From Saprospiraceae bacterium (GTDB lineage: Bacteria; Bacteroidota; Bacteroidia; Chitinophagales; Saprospiraceae), in contig JBGAHL010000016.1 of NCBI GenBank assembly GCA_044226205.1, forward strand, positions 8,208 to 72,207: DNA of 64,000 nt, written 5' to 3'. Shown here piece by piece: positions 43,829-53,500 of this stretch. A model generated the notes under the pieces. The model searched no databases, had not been told where the DNA came from, and saw nothing but the letters and a program-made list of their open reading frames with translations. Every line of letters starts with the position of its first letter. Position 1 is the stretch's first letter. Both the position numbers and the translations under genes were made by a program.

Positions 43829-46768
43829 ATCTTTTTTCTCAAAATTATACACGAGTGAAATGTAAGCCAGACGCCCGATCCGCGGACCGCCGTAAGTCTG
43901 GTACTGACGGTTGTCGAACATGGCGTCGAGTTTGGAGCGGCCGCCATTTTCGGCATCGCTGCGGAACAGGGGCGCAAGGCCAAAGATATTGGTAGCGCCG
44001 ATTTTCAGTACGGTATGCAGGCGTTCGAGCTCGCAGTTCCACTGGGCATCGACCATGTCGTAGGTGGGGATTTCGCCGGTAAACTGGGGCGAGCCCTCAA
44101 ACAGGAAGCCCTGGATCCACTTGTAATTTACGCTGAATCCCGTTTTTTTCAACTTGCCGATCGGCAGATCGCGGGCCGACAAACCGACATTAAATTTGTG
44201 CTCCGGCGTGTTGAATGCCGGGATGATCGGGTCATCTACGTCCAGTTTGTTCAGTTTGTTCCACGAATAGTTGCCACTCAGCTGGTAATAGTCGCTGAAG
44301 TAATAATTCATCCCGACGTTGAAGCCCTGCGTGGTCACCTGGTTGGTCGAGTTGGCTGCAACGCGATACACTTTGATGCTGGCCGGGTTGAGCACGCCTT
44401 GCGAAATAACGGCGTCGATACCGATGTTGTAGCCGATGAAGTCGTTGTAAATGTTGAAATAATACCCGCCGTCAATGTACAAACGGTTGAAAAGGGTCGT
44501 GCGATAGCCCACTTCGAAAGTTTTGACTTTCTCCGGCTGAATTGGCGGAGCGTTGAAATATTCGAACAGGTTGTAATTGTTGGCTTTAAGGCCGTCCTGA
44601 AAAGATTGCAAACTGATCAGGTTGTTGAAGCCGTCGAGATTGCCCAGCAGTGTTGCCCGGCCCACGTTCAATTGCAGGTACTGGTCGGTGAGTGTCGGGT
44701 TGCGGATGGCCGAGGAGAAGGAGAAACGAAGGAAATTCGTCTTGTTGGGCGTGTACACCACCGAGGCAGCCGGGGTGAAGAGCCAGTCGAAATTCTGGTT
44801 TTTATCCATACGTATCGTTCCAGACAGGATGAAGCGATCGTTCAGGATCTTTTTGTCCACGCCGGTGTAGAGGCCGAATTCGTAGTTGGTAATCTTGCGA
44901 TAGGAAGAATCGAGCACAACGCCTCCCGCCCCGTAGGTGCGCGTGATGGTATCGGAGAAAATAGTGCCTTCCGAGCGCGGCGTGTAGAGGCGGAAATTGC
45001 CGCCCACAACCCAGCGTTCGAGCCAAAGCGGCTGAAACTGGTATTCGCCATGCACGTGGTAGAGCGCCGATTTGTCAAAAAATCGCGTGCCGCCGTAACT
45101 GCCCGATTTGGTCTTGGTGATGCGGTCGAATTCCTGCTGAAACTCCGGTGAGCCCGGTTGAAACAGGTCGTACGACTTGGTATCGGGGCGCGTCGACTGC
45201 TTGTTGGCATATTCGAGCGCGGCAGTGTGCCAGGCCGCGAGCGTGTCGCGGTAATCGGTAAACCACTGTGTTGCCGCGGCGTCGTCGAAGGTAAAGGTAA
45301 ACGTCACCGGATCGAACACCAGTTGCGGGTAGCCGAGGGCAGCCATACGGCCCGAATAGTTTTGGGCGGCCCAGAAATTGGTGTAGTCGCCACGGAAAAC
45401 ATCGTTGCTTTTGGCTGTTTCCTGAAGGCGAAGGGCGGTGAAATAGGGGTCGTAAGAATCGCCGGCATCTTCGTTGGTGGCGTATGCGCGGATGAAAAAC
45501 TTGTCTTTCTGGCGCAATTCCAGGCGGTTCTGGAAAAACAGAATATTGCGCAGACTGAACCGGTTGTCGCCCTGATACACCGTGGTGCCGCTACCGAAAC
45601 TCGAAGCCAGAATCAACTCCGGCGATTCGAAATCTTTTGAAGGATTGAGCCGGAAATGGAAGCTGGCGCTTGCCTTGTAGTTGCGGGTGTTGTAATCTAC
45701 CAGATCCACTTCGTTGTAACCCGAACGGTGGTATTGTTGCAACCCGTAGAATTGCGCCCAGGCCGATTCTCCGGTGGCATCGAAACCTGCGTAGTACTCG
45801 TCGCCATAGCGGTTGACGGCGTCGTAGCGACCCGGGTTTTCGAGCGGGGTGAAGTAGCGGCCTGCTTCGGTACCATCGACGGGCTGGTAGTTGTCGGCCA
45901 CCCAGTCGTAGGCCCGCAGGTAGAAAAAGTTGAGTTTATAGGCAAAAACGTCGTTGCCCGATTTGTTTTTGAAGGCGTCGGCCCAGCGAATGCAGCCTTC
46001 GAAAAGATCGCGTTCGCCGCCTTTGACCGAAGCGGAAAGCCCTTTATGAATAAAAGGGTCTTTGGTTTTAATGCTGATCACACCGTTGAAGGCATTGGGA
46101 CCGTAAAAAGGCCCGCTGGCGCCGGCGACCAGTTCTACGCCGTTGGCATCGAGTTCGGAGCAGCCCAGAAAGTTGCCGAGGGAAAAGTTGAGTCCCGGCG
46201 CCTGGTTGTCCACCCCGTCGATAATCTGGAGCGAACGCACCGGACTGGTGGAGTTGAAGCCCCTCATATTGATGATGGTAAAACCGAGCGAAGCGGTGGT
46301 AAGGTCCACGCCTTTAAGGTTTCCGAGGCCGTTGTAGAAGCTCACGGCAGGCGTTTCCTTGATGGCGATGGCGTCGAGGTTTTCCACCGTCAGCGGCGCC
46401 GATTTTTGCCGGTCGTCGATGCGCTGGCCGCGAATGACGGCTTCCTCGATGACGATGGTGTTGGTTTCCAGTTTGATGGAAATGCGCTCGTCGGCGCTTT
46501 CCACAAGTACTTCCTGGGCCGTGTAGCCGGTGTACGAGATTTTCAGGGTAGCGGGCAGGGCAGGTACTTTGACAGAGAAACTGCCTTCGTAATCGGTGAC
46601 TGCACCTCCTTCCACACCGACAATCTGAATTGCTGCACCGATCAGGTCTTCTCCGCTGAGTGCGTCTTGTACTTTACCCCTTACGACAACCTGCGAAGAG
46701 GCGGAATAGGCAAAACTGAGAAAAAGAAGACTGGCAGTCAAAAATTTGTTGAATTGCTTCATACGCAT
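43826..46768 (-). CDS. TonB-dependent outer-membrane receptor with an N-terminal CarboxypepD_reg-like domain
   Basis: A signal peptide is followed by VVRGKVQDALSGEDLIGAAIQIVG (CarboxypepD_reg-like) and plug blocks (NLDAIAIKETPAVSFYNGLGNLKGV, INMRGFNS). A long beta-barrel follows. The start may be Met3 at 46762. Confidence 0.9.
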   Translation of the reverse strand: MRMKQFNKFLTASLLFLSFAYSASSQVVVRGKVQDALSGEDLIGAAIQIVGVEGGAVTDYEGSFSVKVPALPATLKISYTGYTAQEVLVESADERISIKLETNTIVIEEAVIRGQRIDDRQKSAPLTVENLDAIAIKETPAVSFYNGLGNLKGVDLTTASLGFTIINMRGFNSTSPVRSLQIIDGVDNQAPGLNFSLGNFLGCSELDANGVELVAGASGPFYGPNAFNGVISIKTKDPFIHKGLSASVKGGERDLFEGCIRWADAFKNKSGNDVFAYKLNFFYLRAYDWVADNYQPVDGTEAGRYFTPLENPGRYDAVNRYGDEYYAGFDATGESAWAQFYGLQQYHRSGYNEVDLVDYNTRNYKASASFHFRLNPSKDFESPELILASSFGSGTTVYQGDNRFSLRNILFFQNRLELRQKDKFFIRAYATNEDAGDSYDPYFTALRLQETAKSNDVFRGDYTNFWAAQNYSGRMAALGYPQLVFDPVTFTFTFDDAAATQWFTDYRDTLAAWHTAALEYANKQSTRPDTKSYDLFQPGSPEFQQEFDRITKTKSGSYGGTRFFDKSALYHVHGEYQFQPLWLERWVVGGNFRLYTPRSEGTIFSDTITRTYGAGGVVLDSSYRKITNYEFGLYTGVDKKILNDRFILSGTIRMDKNQNFDWLFTPAASVVYTPNKTNFLRFSFSSAIRNPTLTDQYLQLNVGRATLLGNLDGFNNLISLQSFQDGLKANNYNLFEYFNAPPIQPEKVKTFEVGYRTTLFNRLYIDGGYYFNIYNDFIGYNIGIDAVISQGVLNPASIKVYRVAANSTNQVTTQGFNVGMNYYFSDYYQLSGNYSWNKLNKLDVDDPIIPAFNTPEHKFNVGLSARDLPIGKLKKTGFSVNYKWIQGFLFEGSPQFTGEIPTYDMVDAQWNCELERLHTVLKIGATNIFGLAPLFRSDAENGGRSKLDAMFDNRQYQTYGGPRIGRLAYISLVYNFEKKD

Positions 46769-46932
46769 AAACGTTTGATTTCAGAAAGAAAACTAAACGA
46801 AACACCGTCTTTTCTGAAACGCTGTTTGCTTCGCAAAAGAAGAAAGAAAATTTGATTCCAAATCAAAAATGCGGGCTTTCTACCAATCCGGGCAAAATGC
46901 GGTCGATCGCCGGGATAGGTGAAAATGGGGAT

Positions 46933-47619
46933 TCACGCCGAAGTTTCCTCTTTCAGCACATAACCCTGCCCGAAAAGCGTATGGATCAGGCGTTGTCCGT
47001 AGCCCTTGTCCACTTTGTTGCGGAGGTAATTCACATAAACTTCCACCACGTTGGTGCCGGTATCGAAGCCTACGTCCCACACTTTTTCCGCGATTTCGGT
47101 TTTGGACAGCACCCTGCCGGGGTGGCGCATAAAAAATTCGAGCAAGGCAAATTCTCGGGGCGTCAGGCTGATGGGTTTGCCGGCCCGGCGCACGGCACGG
47201 CTGTACTGGTCGAGTTCGAGGTCGGCAAAGCGCAGGATGTTGTCGGGCTGGAATGTCCCCGTCGGCCGGCGCGCAAGCGCTTTGGCGCGGGCCAGGAATT
47301 CGCGAAATTCAAAAGGTTTGGTGAGGTAGTCGTCTGCGCCTGCTTCGAGGCCACTCACCTTGTCGTCGGTTTCGCCCAGGGCCGAGAGCAGCAGGATAGG
47401 GGTTTTAAGGCCCTCGCGGCGGAGCTGTCGGCACAATTCAAGTCCGTTGATGCCCGGCACGATGATGTCGGACACGATCACGTCGTACTCATTCTTGAGT
47501 GCGAGCCGCCGGCCGGTATCGCCGTCGTAGGCCATATCGACCGTCCACTGGTTTTCTTCCAGCCCCTGGCGGAGCGACTGGATGGTTTTGACTTCGTCTT
47601 CGATGAGGAGTATGCGCAT
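46933..47619 (-). CDS. OmpR-family response regulator (receiver plus winged-helix)
   Basis: Start taken at MRILLIEDE (Met8). A phospho-acceptor context (VIVSDIIVPGING) and LTKPF are present. The wHTH region is LTPREFALLEFFMRHPGRVLSKTEIAEKVW. Confidence 0.88.
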   Translation of the reverse strand: MRILLIEDEVKTIQSLRQGLEENQWTVDMAYDGDTGRRLALKNEYDVIVSDIIVPGINGLELCRQLRREGLKTPILLLSALGETDDKVSGLEAGADDYLTKPFEFREFLARAKALARRPTGTFQPDNILRFADLELDQYSRAVRRAGKPISLTPREFALLEFFMRHPGRVLSKTEIAEKVWDVGFDTGTNVVEVYVNYLRNKVDKGYGQRLIHTLFGQGYVLKEETSA

Positions 47620-47698
47620 GCAGGGGTGTGCCGTATGCAAGCAAAGTTACGAAGGCAAACGCAGTCGCGGGAAAAAGTTGGCCGAAGGGCCGAAATGC

Positions 47699-47932
47699 CT
47701 ACCGTACCATCAGGTCGTCGACTGGTCGGACGATCAGTTGATCGACCGGGATTTCCAGCGCGTTGGCAATGTCTTCGATGTGGGACAGCCTGATGTCGGT
47801 TTCTCCCGCCTCGATTTTGCTGTACGCGGGCTGGGAGATGCCCAGTTGATCGGCGATGGCGGTTTGTGAAAGTTTTTTTCTGGAGCGGATTGAACGGATT
47901 TTAAGCAACAGTTCCGAGGTGAAGGAAGCCAT
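47699..47932 (-). CDS. XRE-family helix-turn-helix transcriptional regulator
   Basis: The protein is 77 aa with the HTH LSQTAIADQLGISQPAYSKIEAGE. Confidence 0.75.
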   Translation of the reverse strand: MASFTSELLLKIRSIRSRKKLSQTAIADQLGISQPAYSKIEAGETDIRLSHIEDIANALEIPVDQLIVRPVDDLMVR

Positions 47933-48134
47933 TGGGTTCGGGTTATAAAGGTGAATGAATGTTCAACTCGGCAGGCTACAATAATACGGGGGGGAGCATT
48001 AATGATGCAAATATGCACTTGTGTTTTTTTGTAAAAGTGAAATTATAACCTGTGGTTGTTGGACTGGAACAGCAAGGAAGACATCTTTGTAAGTTAGTAC
48101 GTGAAAATGTAATCTGTAACCCTTTGCTATTTTT

Positions 48135-48761
48135 ATGAATAAGATTGTCGCTCCGTTCGTCGCAATTTTTTACCTGCTTTTGATTACTTCCGGTTGCGGA
48201 AAAAAATCAGAAGACAACACGCCGGAAATCACCTATCCGTTGTTGTTCGCCATTCAGGGCCTCGAATTTCAGCCCTCTCATTTTTATGCCCTCAATGCCG
48301 GGTCGTTTGTTGAAATACCGCCAGCGGGTTCTTTTGTTCCAGTGGATGCATTTCTGGAGCCGGAACTGGAAGATGCCGCCAGCTTCATCGAACTGGAAAA
48401 AATCGAACTGCTGGACGAGTCACAGGCCAAAATTTATTTCTTCGACAACACGGGCATTCCGGAGATAACGGCGGACTACACTTCCGACAATAATCGTATT
48501 CGTATTGTCCTGGAGCCAGGCGCCGATCCTGTGTTCTTTGACATCGATTACGAGGCCGGCACTGCCAGACTCGGTTTGGAAAGTACTTATTTCAGTTTCC
48601 ACGATTCTTCCGGCGACGTCGATTATTCTCCGCTGGATGTTGAGTTTAAAGTGCCTGGTTCTGCTGGCGACGTCATCTCGGCGCTCAAAACTCAGTACGA
48701 TTTGGCTGATGGCGACACGATCATGATTAATTGGTCCGCGGTGTTGTATAAGACGGAATGA
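48135..48761 (+). CDS. lipoprotein, unknown function (intermediate GC)
   Basis: The signal peptide with lipobox is MNKIVAPFVAIFYLLLITSGC. The mature part is acidic. No motif recognised. Confidence 0.55.
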   Translation: MNKIVAPFVAIFYLLLITSGCGKKSEDNTPEITYPLLFAIQGLEFQPSHFYALNAGSFVEIPPAGSFVPVDAFLEPELEDAASFIELEKIELLDESQAKIYFFDNTGIPEITADYTSDNNRIRIVLEPGADPVFFDIDYEAGTARLGLESTYFSFHDSSGDVDYSPLDVEFKVPGSAGDVISALKTQYDLADGDTIMINWSAVLYKTE

Positions 48762-49104
48762 GGGGTTGGGTAAGGTAAATGGTAGCAACAACTGATTTCT
48801 GAATATCGGAAGAGGGATATTTTCATTAGAGTTGTTGTATCCTAATGCGTTGATTTTCAATAGATAATGCAACTATTTTTCTTACAGATTGAAACCTTTG
48901 CATTTCAAATAAAAATCATTGTCAGTGACCTTGCCTTAAAAATCATAAAAAGTTGATTTTCATATTGCAACAAGGATAACTAAACAAGATATAACCCTGA
49001 TTCAAAGTTTTTTACTATAAATCTATCGCTGTTAAGACTCATCAATGACGAAAATTAATTTAACTTGCATATTTTAAACTATGATTTAATTGCTTAAAAA
49101 TATT

Positions 49105-50049
49105 ATGAAAGCGAATTCAAAATTACTGAGTGTTTGTAATTGGGCATTAATAGTAATCTTATTTTTTCTATTTTCATTACAAAGCTTTGGCCAAAAAGCA
49201 AAGGTCATAATTAATCAAGACCCAAACCGACCTGAGGGTTTTAGTTTTATTGATTCATTGGGCAAAGAGTCCGCTTACCTTACTACATCAGACCTCTGTA
49301 AGAGAAACCCTTATTCAAAAATAACTTTGATGCCAAGGAGCGGAGGTGTTCCTGGCAATTATCAAGCATTTGATACTGAGGGTTTGTCAGTACATCAAAT
49401 TAAGGCAGGATTAAACAATACTATAAAAGAATTTCCAATAGATTCTGTGCTTGAAAAAGCAAAAAAAATTACTGCGTCATATAATTGGTATTATGATTAT
49501 CAACATGAAAATTATCTGACAATCATATACACGCTGACAATTTATGATGAAGAATTAATTGAGATATGGGTGGAATCGGAAATAAATGTATATGAAAGCA
49601 TTGATAGGCCAATCTTGGTTTTTACAGACTATCATAATTTGCAACAAATATGTATTTCGCCTGATGGAGAGTATATGATCACGGGGCAAGTTTTGTCAAT
49701 GATTGGAGACGGGGCTTCTGATTTACCGATTGGAATGCTATTGTTTAACTTAAAAAATAAAACCTATATCGGGGCAATGCCAAATGTAATTGGGAATGTT
49801 GAACAGGCACAATACGAACAGGGTTTTTTTTTATTATATGCATATATAGATTATGATGCTTTTGTTATAAATGACAATATCCCTGTAAAGGTTGTTGTCG
49901 ATCCTGAAAATAGAAAAATTTATACAAAGAAATACAATTGGTTGGCAAGTGATCTGACAGAAGATAACCTTTTACATATAAAATCAATCTCTTTCCCTAA
50001 TGGGGAGGATATTATGACTTATAAATCAAGTCCTTTAATACGAAAATGA
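49105..50049 (+). CDS. exported hypothetical protein (AT-rich island)
   Basis: Begins MKANSKLLSVCNWALIVILFFLFSLQSFGQ (signal or anchor). The ORF is 314 aa with no recognised motif. A T9 run lies at 49824-49832. Confidence 0.5.
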   Translation: MKANSKLLSVCNWALIVILFFLFSLQSFGQKAKVIINQDPNRPEGFSFIDSLGKESAYLTTSDLCKRNPYSKITLMPRSGGVPGNYQAFDTEGLSVHQIKAGLNNTIKEFPIDSVLEKAKKITASYNWYYDYQHENYLTIIYTLTIYDEELIEIWVESEINVYESIDRPILVFTDYHNLQQICISPDGEYMITGQVLSMIGDGASDLPIGMLLFNLKNKTYIGAMPNVIGNVEQAQYEQGFFLLYAYIDYDAFVINDNIPVKVVVDPENRKIYTKKYNWLASDLTEDNLLHIKSISFPNGEDIMTYKSSPLIRK

Positions 50050-50176
50050 ATTTTTGTACTGCTATTTTTTGAGTATAATGTTATAGTTGAATACAAGAAG
50101 GAGGTGTAAATAGGCTTAATGTCCGGGGCCGCTTCTTGAAAAGGACGATATTTTTTTGGACTAATCAGCAAATTCC

Positions 50177-50443
50177 TTATCGAAGTATATTATTGTGGCG
50201 CTTGACATGGGGTTTGGCCAGATCCTGTGCTTGCCATTTGATGCCTGTTAGATCAATAATATTTTCGTGTACCTCCCAAGGATCGCTAACGAGAAACAAC
50301 GGTGATATTCTCTGGGGGCCACACTCCTTGCACTTGTACTTGGGGTTTATAGAACTATTGCTCTCGTTTTTGACGAGCTCTAATTGAGACAGTTTTTGTT
50401 CATCTACTATGTAATAGAACTTCTTACAAAGAAGTTCAACCAA
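50177..50443 (-). CDS. questionable small ORF (TTG start; single CxxC: KCKECG), possibly a gene remnant
   Basis: This is the only ORF of any length in the 483-bp gap upstream of the giant gene. There is no ATG start and no recognised family. Confidence 0.2.
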   Translation of the reverse strand: MVELLCKKFYYIVDEQKLSQLELVKNESNSSINPKYKCKECGPQRISPLFLVSDPWEVHENIIDLTGIKWQAQDLAKPHVKRHNNILR

Positions 50444-50532
50444 AAAATGGACGCTGTCGAATTTATAATTGTAAAATTATTTGTTAATACTTCATACTAA
50501 TGGTTTAATGTTTACGCCCAAAATTCGACGCT

Positions 50533-53500
50533 ATGAAAAAAATATTCCTGCTATTGCTTGCCTTTTCCTATTTTAAAGGCGTGTTTGGGCAAAATGGAAT
50601 GCTAATATCTTTGCAATATAAATTATGTAGCCAGTGCCCAAATGGTGATAACCAGTCAATTGACTACTCATATGATAATGACGCAAGCTCTTATATAACA
50701 GAAAATATAGAGAGTGATTATGATATGCGTGTTGCCGATGGTACCAGGTTTCACCAAGGGATTGATTACCTTCCTCGTAATGATTGCAGGGGAGATGCCA
50801 TCTTAAATGTAGAACAAGGTGTATGTACTGTAATGTACGTGGGGGGGGGGAACTCATCCCTTAAAAATATTGTGCTTCAAAATCAGGATGGTACACGTGC
50901 TTTTGTATATATGCATTGTTTTGTTAATGCCAATATTGGGCCTGACGGTTTGCGATCGGGAGACTTCCTAATTAAAAGGATTGATAATAGTACTGAACTT
51001 ACAATCATTAATATGAATAGTAGTCCTGTTGTTGCATATGCTAAAACTCCAAATAGAACTGTAACATACAAGCGTTATGTTAATTCAACAACTACATCTA
51101 CCGTTCAAACGACGAATCATGTAGACCCTGGTGCTATGATTGCACCAATTGGTGATTCAGGTGAGGTGCCAGGTGTACACCTTCATATTTCTCTAATTGA
51201 GAGCCCAACTCTAAATGATCCAGCCTTTCGTGGGGGGCGTGACAATAATCGATCTGTTGACCCCTGGACTGTACTAGAGCACCCTCAAACCAATTTTTTT
51301 CAACAAATACGAACTCGAAAGATTGGCAATTTTGATGCTTCAATATGTGAACATACGGGGCCTGGTACTGATAGTTGGGGTCAAATAGTACCTGATTATT
51401 CAGGCGATACTAGAAACACAATTGAAATTGAGGTTGCTCTGGATGGAGCCGCTCCAAGACCAAATGACGATTCCAGATATGCCAATAAGTGTATGGACCA
51501 AGAAGAGGTTGTTCTTGGAATTAAAAATCTCAACTTTAATTCCGATTTTTCAGTTGCAACGGGGTCGGATTTTGAATCCAAATTTATTATCAACCCAATT
51601 GGTGATAAAATTATTTACCCATTTACCATGCTACTGCCTAATGGGACTGCTTATGGCTCCCCGACAAGGAATGGAATGAGCCCATTTGCCTACCGTGATT
51701 ATATAGGGTTTCATCCTCATGACTATTATTTTGTCTCTGATTTTTATATGCGAATTAGCAAAAACGACAATCTGTTACCTGCCCCAGTTCCCCACATGCC
51801 CCCTCCTGTTTCTACTCATACCTTAGCGCAATTTCCATGGGATGCTAGATACCCGGATGGCGATTATCAGATGCGGCCAAGCATCTTAGAAGTCAATAGC
51901 TCATCATGGCAGCCAATGGCAAATCCTGTAGATTTCAAAATTGACAATTTTAAACCTTTTATTGTTAAGGTAGGATTATTTGTGGGTAATGTGACTTCTA
52001 GTAGCACACCCGCATATTATCGAGCTTGGAGTACTGATGGGGCACCTCCTGGCAGTTTACGTTTATCTGGCTTATCAGGCAAGCAGCCGTCTTCAACAAG
52101 TAATCAACCAATTACAGTTTATGTCGTCGCGAGTGAATCTATGTCTAAAGTTCGGGCATTTATCAACGGCCTAACAGGCTGGGTTGATGGAACTACATTG
52201 CCTTTTGATTCCAACGATCCTGATAGTTGGGGTCATCAAAAATGGGAATTTCAATTTGGGACCTATACTCTTGATCCAGATATCTGCTACAACATAGTTT
52301 TTGAGGGTGAAGATTTATCAGGTAACAAGTTATTGAATTTACCTCAGCCTCTTTATTGTAATACAGGGTCAAATTTAATCTTTACACCACCACATCGCAC
52401 AGGTAGTAATTCGTGGAGCAACAACTCCATAGGGCAAGGTTCTGATTGGGTACACAAGTTTCGACTAGACGATTGTGGGGGAATTTTTAATCTTAGTCCC
52501 TCTGACCCATGCATAACATCAGAAGATGTACAATATTCTCTAAAATTTTCCGAGCCCCAATCTCATACTGGTAGCATTGATATGGATATTTCGGCGAATA
52601 CTAATGGCGCCTCGTTTACCTGGAGCGACGAATCCGGAGCGGTCATAAGTAATTCGGAAGACATATCTAACTTGCCCCCTGGCGTTTACTGCATCGAAAT
52701 CCTGAAAGACTGCTGTTCGTTTAATGATTGTTTGGAAATCGGGACTTGCGCGCTTAACGTGACAGAATCGCATACCAACCCTTCTAATAATGAGCATAAT
52801 GGCGAAATCACTTTGCTCCCTGAGCAAGGAATTGAGCCTTATTCGTATCATTGGAACACGGGTGAGACCACTGATGCCTTGTTTGATTTGCCTGCCGGCA
52901 CATATACGTGTACAGTAACTGATCATGTAGCCTGTCAGGCAGTTGTCAGCATTACGCTAATTAATTGCTCACCAATTGAAGTAGAACCTCATTACACAAA
53001 TGTAGTTCAGCCTACTTCCTGCGATTCTGATGATGGTTCCTTTCGCGTCCTGTCTGTTTCTACACCAACCGGCGGCACTCCTCCATATTCCTATCATTGG
53101 GAAGATCAGGATGGGAATACTTTATCAGGTGGCCCAGTATACTCTGGTTTGGGGCCAGGGCAATATTGTATTGTTGCAACTGATGCGAATGGCTGCACTG
53201 GTACAAGTTGCTTAACGCTTCAAGCATTGAGTGATATCTATGTTTCGGAGACGATTTACCCAGCTTGTGAATTAGATTACAATGGGTCTATATCTGTTTT
53301 TGCTTCAACTTCAACGGGGGGATACTGCGATTTTTACTGGGACACTGATTTCCAAAATAATAATGATCAATTTTCAACAATAACCGGACTTGCAAGTGGT
53401 ACTTATTGCGTCACGGTTACGCCCGCTGATGAGCCCAATTGCATCACTACCAGCTGCTATGAGGTGCCATCAGTTTGGCCAGAACCCATGAACTTGTCCT

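Noticed and set aside
46769-46932. A possible riboswitch (cobalamin, TPP or similar) in the leader of the TonB-dependent receptor gene. Lysine riboswitches upstream of dapB and lysS were also considered.
   Set aside because: I could not find the conserved cores, such as a B12 box or the TPP ctgaga motif. Only a simple stem is visible. The dapB leader is only a few nucleotides long.
50136-50387. An 83-aa plus-strand ORF in the gap upstream of the giant gene.
   Set aside because: It overlaps the equally doubtful minus-strand ORF, has no signal or motif, and its hydrophobic, Leu-rich composition fits random AT-rich sequence. The minus-strand ORF is kept only as a low-confidence feature.
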